A DNA stretch of 64,000 nt from Escherichia coli (lineage in GTDB: Bacteria > Pseudomonadota > Gammaproteobacteria > Enterobacterales > Enterobacteriaceae): NCBI RefSeq assembly GCF_029227855.1, contig NZ_CP074356.1; one strand, given 5' to 3'. The position numbers were made by a program, and so were the translations under genes. The notes under the pieces are model-generated. The model worked only from the letters and a program-made list of their open reading frames with translations, searched no databases and had not been told where the DNA came from. The stretch's first letter is position 1, and the number at the start of each line of letters is the position of its first letter. Shown one piece after another: positions 57,851-64,000 of the stretch.

Positions 57851-59464
57851 TCAATGCTTCACAATATACATAGTCCGACTGTACGCCACATCTTCCGGGT
57901 TATTAATGGGATAACCTTTCAGCCACGGCTTGATTAATCGTCCATTGGTATATTGATAAATTGGTGCAATCGGTGCTTGCTCCATGAGGATTTTTTCTGC
58001 CGCATTGTAATCGGCATTACGCGCTTTAACGGTATTTTCCGTTGATGCCTGGGCCAGTACTTTGTCGTATGCCGGATTGTTAAAGCGTGAAATATTCCCT
58101 GAATGCGTTGACGTTAACAACGTAAGGAAAGTGGAGGGTTCATTATAATCCCCTACCCATGAGGCGCGGATAACATCAAAATTGCCGGTGTTACGGCTAT
58201 CGATATAGGTTTTCCATTCCTGATTCTGCAATTTAACATCTACGCCAAGGTTCTTTTTCCACATCGATGCTACAGCAATCGCAATTTTTTGATGGTTTTC
58301 TGAAGTGTTATACAAAAGCGTCAGCTTCAGCGGTTTTTGCGGACCATAACCAGCTGCGCTCAACAAAGTTTTTGCCTGCGCATTCAGTTCTTCCTGACTC
58401 ATTTGTTCAAACGGCGAAGGCTCCGGCGTAAAACCGGCAGTAACATCTGGTGTAAAATGCCACGCTGGCTTTTCCCCCGTCCCCAACACTTTTTCGGTCA
58501 TCAGGCGGCGATCTATCGTCATACTTAATGCCAGGCGAACACGCTGATCGGCCGTCGGCCCTTTTTGCGTGTTAAACGCATAATAATAGGTCCCGAGCTG
58601 CGGCGGCGTATAAACCTGCCCCGGAATATCCTTCAACAGCTTCTGATACATATTTTTCGGGAAGGATTCGGTGATATCAATATCCCCCGCGAGATAACGC
58701 TTAGTGGCTGCGGATTCCTGATTAATTGGCAGGAAGGTCACTTTTTGCAGCACCGTTTTGGCGTTATCCCAATAATGGGTATTCGGTACCACGACCAGTT
58801 TTTCATTGACTACGCGCTCTTTAAGAACATAAGCGCCATTACCGATCAGTTTTCCGGGTTTCGTCCACTCTTTACTACTTTCTACGTTGGCTTTTTGCAC
58901 CGGGAAGAAGGCAAAGTTAGCGGTTAAATTCACAAACCACGGCAACGGTTTATCAAGCTGGATTTTCAAAGTATGGGCATCAACTGCGGTGACGCCAAGC
59001 TGGTCAGGCGTGGCTTTACCATCAATAATCGCCTGTGCGTTGTTGATTCCCGCCAGCGCGGCAAACCATGCAAATGGCGACAATGTTTTTGGGTCCACCA
59101 GACGTTGCCAGCTGTAGACAAAATCTTGCGCCGTTACCGGTGTGCCATCCGCCCATTTTGCGTTATCGCGCAAGGTAAAAGTCCAGATACGGTTGTCATT
59201 ACTTTTCCACTGAGTCGCAACGCCGGGGACAATCTCCCCTTTCTCGTTCTGATTCACCAGTCCTTCAAACAGATCGCGAATGACCTGAATCTCCGGCAGG
59301 CCCACGGCTTTAGCGGGATCCAGCGACGCTGGCTCATCTTTAATGTGGCGCACCAGCTCCTGCTTCTCTGCCAGTACTGTGCCGCTCGGAACTTCAGCAG
59401 CATACGAAAGAGAAATGCTGCTGACCAACAGCGCACAACACGTGACTGAAACAGAGTGCTTCAT
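57851..59464 (-). CDS. mppA: Periplasmic murein tripeptide-binding protein
   Basis: 537 aa from MKHSVSVTCCALLVSSISLSYA (signal peptide); OppA-like solute-binding protein family 5. Confidence 0.9.
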   Translation of the reverse strand: MKHSVSVTCCALLVSSISLSYAAEVPSGTVLAEKQELVRHIKDEPASLDPAKAVGLPEIQVIRDLFEGLVNQNEKGEIVPGVATQWKSNDNRIWTFTLRDNAKWADGTPVTAQDFVYSWQRLVDPKTLSPFAWFAALAGINNAQAIIDGKATPDQLGVTAVDAHTLKIQLDKPLPWFVNLTANFAFFPVQKANVESSKEWTKPGKLIGNGAYVLKERVVNEKLVVVPNTHYWDNAKTVLQKVTFLPINQESAATKRYLAGDIDITESFPKNMYQKLLKDIPGQVYTPPQLGTYYYAFNTQKGPTADQRVRLALSMTIDRRLMTEKVLGTGEKPAWHFTPDVTAGFTPEPSPFEQMSQEELNAQAKTLLSAAGYGPQKPLKLTLLYNTSENHQKIAIAVASMWKKNLGVDVKLQNQEWKTYIDSRNTGNFDVIRASWVGDYNEPSTFLTLLTSTHSGNISRFNNPAYDKVLAQASTENTVKARNADYNAAEKILMEQAPIAPIYQYTNGRLIKPWLKGYPINNPEDVAYSRTMYIVKH

Positions 59465-59521
59465 AAGTTTCCCTCTAACCGACATTAAAATTGATGCGTA
59501 ATTATTTGTTTCGCCTTAAAG

Positions 59522-59551
59522 AAATGCAAACAACTTCCATCAAAAAAGTGA
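59522..59551. repeat. 30-bp motif, copy 1 (aaatgcaaacaacttccatcaaaaaagtga), in the pgrR-mppA spacer
   Basis: 28 of 30 identical to copy 2 at 62633-62662. Confidence 0.7.
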
Positions 59552-59800
59552 CAAAGGAAGCATCAAATGTTTTAAGTATCAATATATCAAATCAGATTTA
59601 GTGTAAATAATAGTCTCCAAAATGCGGTAAAGCACATAGAACTCCGAACACTACGTTCGGGCTTCGCACGTTCAAACCCGTTTTCGGTATCATAATCAGC
59701 ATCTGTCGCCATTGTACGAAGAATAAAAAATGACCAAAACGTTGAAAGGAACTGAGAATACGTTAAGAGAAGAATTAAATTAATGTATCAGCAAGTAGTG

Positions 59801-60700
59801 CTAAACAGCACCTTTATACTTCAGCCTATCTATAAATAATGAGAATGCCGAGCCAGCATGTCGACGGTGTGGATAGTACAGGTGATAACCGGGTAAATCT
59901 GGTGTGAATTTATCCAAAACACGTATCAGTTTTTTTTCTTTAATAGCCCGCTCAACCTGATCATAAGGTAGATACGCCAATCCATGCCCATCAATTGCAG
60001 CATCAATGATCAGGTCTATCGTATTCAGTAAAAGCTGACCTTCCATGCGAACACGAACTTCACGTCCACCGCGTATTAATCTCCAGCGATTTGCTGTACC
60101 CGATGTGGGAAGATACAAATTAATTGCCTGATGATCTATTAATTGTGACACTGACGTTGGAGCACTTCGACGAGAAAAATAATCCGGTGAACCAACAATA
60201 GCCATTGGTATATCTGGCCCGATTCGAATGGCGATCATATCTTTATCCATCTCCCCACCCAGACGGACGCCTGCATCAAAACGTTCAGAAACGACATCGG
60301 TCAAACCATAATCAATGGTAAGCTGGATATCAATTTCAGGATGCGATTTCAGGAATGTGCGCATAGCTGGTAACAATATCGTTTTTGCTGCATGTTCTAC
60401 AGTAGTAATACGTATTGTCCCGGATGGGCGGTTCTGCAGATCGCTCAGGGATGTCAGGGCAGAATCTATGTCATGCAACATAGGGCCAAGAACAGACAAA
60501 AGATGCTCGCCCGCTTCAGTGGGTACAACGCTGCGCGTGGTTCGCGTCAGAAGCCGCAATCCCAATCGTTCTTCTATACGGCGCACTATCTGGCTTAAAG
60601 CTGACTGCGCCATGCTCAGGCGGGCTGCTGCGCGAGTGAAGCTACGCTCCTCTGCAACGACGACAAACGCCATCAGATCAGCGATTTCTTCACGCTTCAT
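59801..60700 (-). CDS. pgrR: LysR-family regulator of murein peptide degradation
   Basis: 299-aa ORF with N-terminal LysR HTH; divergent from ycjY. Confidence 0.88.
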   Translation of the reverse strand: MKREEIADLMAFVVVAEERSFTRAAARLSMAQSALSQIVRRIEERLGLRLLTRTTRSVVPTEAGEHLLSVLGPMLHDIDSALTSLSDLQNRPSGTIRITTVEHAAKTILLPAMRTFLKSHPEIDIQLTIDYGLTDVVSERFDAGVRLGGEMDKDMIAIRIGPDIPMAIVGSPDYFSRRSAPTSVSQLIDHQAINLYLPTSGTANRWRLIRGGREVRVRMEGQLLLNTIDLIIDAAIDGHGLAYLPYDQVERAIKEKKLIRVLDKFTPDLPGYHLYYPHRRHAGSAFSLFIDRLKYKGAV

Positions 60701-60724
60701 TCAGTATCTCCATACAATCTATTA

Positions 60725-60738
60725 ATCATTTAAATGAT
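60725..60738. promoter_or_regulatory. Perfect 14-bp palindrome ATCATTTAAATGAT in the pgrR / ycjY divergent promoter region (candidate LysR-type operator)
   Basis: Palindrome of LysR T-N11-A type 25-40 bp upstream of the pgrR start; direct repeat GGTCTAATCA x2 immediately adjacent. Confidence 0.4.
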
Positions 60739-60837
60739 AGGTCTAATCATAATTTAGGGTCTAATCAACTTAATGATCAATATCTATAGTGATATCACCA
60801 ACCGCCAAAACGAACCGACAACTCCATGAGGAACGGA

Positions 60838-61758
60838 ATGATGAATAATAAAGTCAGCTTCACTAACAGCAATAATCCAACCATCTCTTTGTCTGCAGTG
60901 ATCTATTTCCCTCCAAAATTTGATGAAACCCGTCAGTATCCGGCAATTGTGGTATCTCACCCAGGTGGGGGCGTTAAAGAGCAAACGGCCGGAACCTATG
61001 CCGAAAAACTGGCGGAAAAGGGATTTGTCACTATTGCTTATGACGCATCTTATCAAGGTGAAAGCGGCGGCGAGCCGCGTCAGTTAGAAAACCCATACAT
61101 TCGTACTGAAGACGTCAGTGCCGTGATTGATTACCTGACAACGCTTTCTTATGTCGACAATACCCGAATTGGTGCGATGGGAATTTGTGCCGGTGCAGGA
61201 TATACAGCCAATGCTGCAATTCAGGATCGCCGCATCAAGGCCATCGGTACTGTTAGTGCGGTCAATATTGGTTCGATGTTCCGTAATGGTTGGGAAAACA
61301 ATGTGAAATCTATTGATGCCCTACCATACGTTGACGCGGGTTCAAACGCCCGAACCAGCGATATTAGTAGCGGAGAATACGCCACTATGCCACTGGCACC
61401 AATGAAGGAGTCCGATGCGCCGAACGAAGAACTGCGTCAGGCCTGGGAGTATTACCACACCCCTCGCGCGCAGTATCCAACAGCACCGGGTTACGCTACT
61501 TTGCGCAGCCTTAACCAGATTATTACCTATGATGCTTACCATATGGCGGAAGTGTACCTGACTCAGCCGATACAGATTGTGGCGGGCAGCCAGGCAGGGA
61601 GCAAATGGATGAGTGACGACCTGTACGATCGAGCATCAAGCCAGGATAAACGCTATCACATTGTTGAAGGCGCAAACCATATGGATCTTTATGACGGCAA
61701 AGTCTATGTGGCTGAAGCAATTTCAGTATTAGCTCCGTTCTTTGAGGAAACTCTGTAA
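60838..61758 (+). CDS. ycjY: Alpha/beta-hydrolase (dienelactone hydrolase-like) protein
   Basis: ORF 60826-61758 (310 aa); start at MMNNKVSFTNS chosen to give about 306 aa, uncertain by a few codons. Confidence 0.85.
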   Translation: MMNNKVSFTNSNNPTISLSAVIYFPPKFDETRQYPAIVVSHPGGGVKEQTAGTYAEKLAEKGFVTIAYDASYQGESGGEPRQLENPYIRTEDVSAVIDYLTTLSYVDNTRIGAMGICAGAGYTANAAIQDRRIKAIGTVSAVNIGSMFRNGWENNVKSIDALPYVDAGSNARTSDISSGEYATMPLAPMKESDAPNEELRQAWEYYHTPRAQYPTAPGYATLRSLNQIITYDAYHMAEVYLTQPIQIVAGSQAGSKWMSDDLYDRASSQDKRYHIVEGANHMDLYDGKVYVAEAISVLAPFFEETL

Positions 61759-61828
61759 TGAAACATATTCAAATCCGTAATAGTGATATGGCCTGGCATA
61801 TTGCTGCCAATAATCTGGGAAAAGTTTC

Positions 61829-62467
61829 ATGAAAAATGTACTGATTCTTGGTGCTGGCGGTCAGATAGCCCGCCATGTGATTAATCAACTGGCAGATAAA
61901 CAAACCATTAAACAAACTTTATTTGCCCGTCAGCCAGCAAAAATCCACAAACCCTATCCCACTAATAGCAAGATTATTATGGGGGATGTACTGAATCATG
62001 CAGCACTGAAGCAGGCCATGCAGGGACAGGATGTTGTGTATGCCAACCTTACGGGGGAAGATTTAGATATTCAGGCAAATTCAGTGATCGCTGCGATGAA
62101 AGCCTGTGATGTTAAACGTCTGATCTTTGTTCTTTCCCTCGGTATTTATGATGAAGTTCCAGGAAAATTTGGCGAATGGAATAATGCAGTTATTGGTGAG
62201 CCCCTAAAACCATTCCGCAGGGCTGCGGATGCAATTGAGGCTTCTGGACTGGAATATACAATTCTTCGCCCTGCCTGGCTGACTGATGAAGATATTATTG
62301 ATTATGAGCTTACCTCACGCAATGAACCATTCAAAGGTACGATCGTATCACGTAAGAGTGTCGCAGCATTAATCACAGATATCATCGATAAACCTGAGAA
62401 ACACATTGGTGAGAATATAGGCATCAATCAACCCGGGACTGATGGTGATAAGCCCTTCTTCATGTAA
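61829..62467 (+). CDS. NAD(P)-binding Rossmann-fold protein (NmrA/atypical SDR-like), intact 212 aa
   Basis: MKNVLILGAGGQIARHV (GxGxxG/A NAD-binding motif); lies between ycjY and mpaA where K-12 is annotated with ymjC/ymjD fragments (from memory). Confidence 0.8.
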   Translation: MKNVLILGAGGQIARHVINQLADKQTIKQTLFARQPAKIHKPYPTNSKIIMGDVLNHAALKQAMQGQDVVYANLTGEDLDIQANSVIAAMKACDVKRLIFVLSLGIYDEVPGKFGEWNNAVIGEPLKPFRRAADAIEASGLEYTILRPAWLTDEDIIDYELTSRNEPFKGTIVSRKSVAALITDIIDKPEKHIGENIGINQPGTDGDKPFFM

Positions 62468-62632
62468 ATCAATTATATAGCTACCATCGTACTGTACTAT
62501 GTGCAGTACGATTTATTAAACTTATTAAGGTGAACTGATCAATCAGATGCGATTAACATGTGTAGAACCAGTAAGAATAAAATACGCCATGTATATAACA
62601 TTACGACAATTCTAATATCTGCACATCAATGA

Positions 62633-62662
62633 AAATGCAAACAACTTCCGGCAAAAAAGTGA
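62633..62662. repeat. 30-bp motif, copy 2 (aaatgcaaacaacttccggcaaaaaagtga), about 100 bp upstream of mpaA
   Basis: 28 of 30 identical to copy 1 at 59522-59551. Confidence 0.7.
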
Positions 62663-62757
62663 TACAAGATAGATGACATAGCGTTGAAGAAAAGGATTTG
62701 ATAATCCGCAAAATTTGCACAACACTGCCTGTAATACTTCCTGAACCAGAGACGATC

Positions 62758-63486
62758 ATGACCGTAACTCGCCCACGCGCCGAACGCGGCGCATTTCCGC
62801 CCGGAACAGAACATTACGGACGTTCATTATTGGGCGCGCCGTTAATCTGGTTTCCTGCCCCTGCAGCCAGCCGCGAAAGTGGTTTGATTCTGGCTGGCAC
62901 TCACGGTGATGAAAACTCTTCGGTCGTCACGCTCTCCTGTGCTCTGCGAACGTTGACACCTCCTTTGCGCCGTCATCATGTGGTGCTGTGTGTGAATCCT
63001 GACGGCTGCCAGTTGGGGTTACGGGCCAATGCTAATGGTGTGGATTTAAACAGAAACTTTCCGGCGGCGAACTGGAAGGAAGGTGAAACCGTTTATCGCT
63101 GGAACAGCGCCGCTGAAGAACGTGATGTCGTATTGCTGACAGGTGACAAACCTGGCTCCGAACCTGAAACCCAGGCGCTGTGCCAGCTTATACACCGCAT
63201 TCAACCTGCCTGGGTGGTCTCATTCCACGATCCGCTGGCCTGTATTGAAGATCCCAGACACAGCGAATTAGGCGAATGGCTGGCCCAGGCGTTTGAATTG
63301 CCTCTGGTAACCAGCGTCGGTTATGAAACACCTGGCTCTTTCGGTAGTTGGTGTGCAGATCTCAACTTGCATTGCATCACCGCAGAGTTTCCACCCATCT
63401 CCTCCGACGAAGCCAGCGAAAAATATCTCTTTGCGATGGCAAACTTGCTGCGCTGGCATCCTAAAGATGCAATTCGCCCGTCGTGA
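62758..63486 (+). CDS. mpaA: Murein peptide amidase A (gamma-D-Glu-meso-DAP amidase, M14 family)
   Basis: 242 aa from MTVTRPRAERGAFPPG; zinc carboxypeptidase-like HGDE motif (GTHGDENSS). Confidence 0.88.
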   Translation: MTVTRPRAERGAFPPGTEHYGRSLLGAPLIWFPAPAASRESGLILAGTHGDENSSVVTLSCALRTLTPPLRRHHVVLCVNPDGCQLGLRANANGVDLNRNFPAANWKEGETVYRWNSAAEERDVVLLTGDKPGSEPETQALCQLIHRIQPAWVVSFHDPLACIEDPRHSELGEWLAQAFELPLVTSVGYETPGSFGSWCADLNLHCITAEFPPISSDEASEKYLFAMANLLRWHPKDAIRPS

Positions 63487-64000
63487 ACTGAAGCGCCGGT
63501 TCCACATCTACCGCCAGCCATGTCGGTCCGTCAAGATCGGCGAAACTGACCTGCGGCACCAGCGGTAAAGCGGCGCTAATGGCCCGAGAGGTACACAACA
63601 TGCAGCCCAGCATCAGACGAAAACCTTGTGCACGCGCTTCAGTCGCCAGCGCCAGCGCTTCCGTCAGACCACCGGTTTTATCAAGCTTAATGTTAACCAT
63701 CTCATAGCGCCCTTTCAGCGCCTTAAGATTGCTACGAGTATGACAACTTTCATCAGCACAAATCGGTAACGGATGAATAAAATTCTCCAGCGCCGCATCG
63801 TCCTGCGCAGGAAGCGGTTGTTCAAGCATCGCAACGCCTAAATCTGCCAATAGCTGGCAACGCGCCGCCAACCCTTCTGCACGCCAGGATTCATTTGCAT
63901 CAACGATCAGCGTCGCATCGGGCACAGCTGTGCGAATTGCCACCATCCGCTCACTGATAAGATGGTTATCCAGCTTCACTTTCAGTAATTTCGCGCCTGC
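63461..64000 (-). CDS. ycjG: L-Ala-D/L-Glu epimerase (enolase superfamily), C-terminal part; gene continues beyond window end
   Basis: Open minus-strand frame from the window edge reading ...AGAKLLKVKLDNHLISERMVAIRTAV...FTTGELHL; 26-bp convergent overlap with mpaA. Confidence 0.85.
   Translation of the reverse strand, partial: AGAKLLKVKLDNHLISERMVAIRTAVPDATLIVDANESWRAEGLAARCQLLADLGVAMLEQPLPAQDDAALENFIHPLPICADESCHTRSNLKALKGRYEMVNIKLDKTGGLTEALALATEARAQGFRLMLGCMLCTSRAISAALPLVPQVSFADLDGPTWLAVDVEPALQFTTGELHL

Overview
This window is a conserved Escherichia coli chromosomal segment, given in the opposite orientation to the usual K-12 map, running hrpA - azoR - ynbDCBA - ydbD - ydbC - IS200-like element - paaYXKJIHGFEDCBA / paaZ - tynA - feaB / feaR - ydbL-ynbE-ydbH - ldhA - hslJ - ydbJ - ydbK(pfo) - micC - ompN - uspF - ttcA - dbpA - fnrS - zntB - dgcM - smrA - mcaS - abgR / abgABT - ogt - fnr - uspE - ynaJ - ynaI - mppA - pgrR - ycjY - NAD(P)-binding gene - mpaA - ycjG. 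Gene identities come from reading the supplied translations and recognising them from memory; no database search was run. Every ORF of 60 codons or more is accounted for by a known housekeeping or catabolic gene or is antisense to one. I did not find a CRISPR array, prophage, tRNA/rRNA gene, or an unrecognised multi-gene system, so I do not claim a novel system here. The points worth a second look are local: (1) ynbD, last gene of the uncharacterised lipid-like ynbABCD operon, is broken into four pieces by three single-base frameshifts; (2) an IS200/IS605-family insertion sits between ydbC and paaY where K-12 carries ydbA; (3) uspF and ttcA are directly adjacent, i.e. the Rac prophage site is unoccupied; (4) an unlisted 57-codon proline-rich ORF lies 29 nt upstream of dbpA; (5) a 30-bp motif is repeated next to mppA and mpaA; (6) the NAD(P)-binding gene between ycjY and mpaA is intact. 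Comparisons to K-12 (ydbA, Rac, IS5, ymjC/ymjD, ynbD length) are from memory and should be confirmed by alignment.
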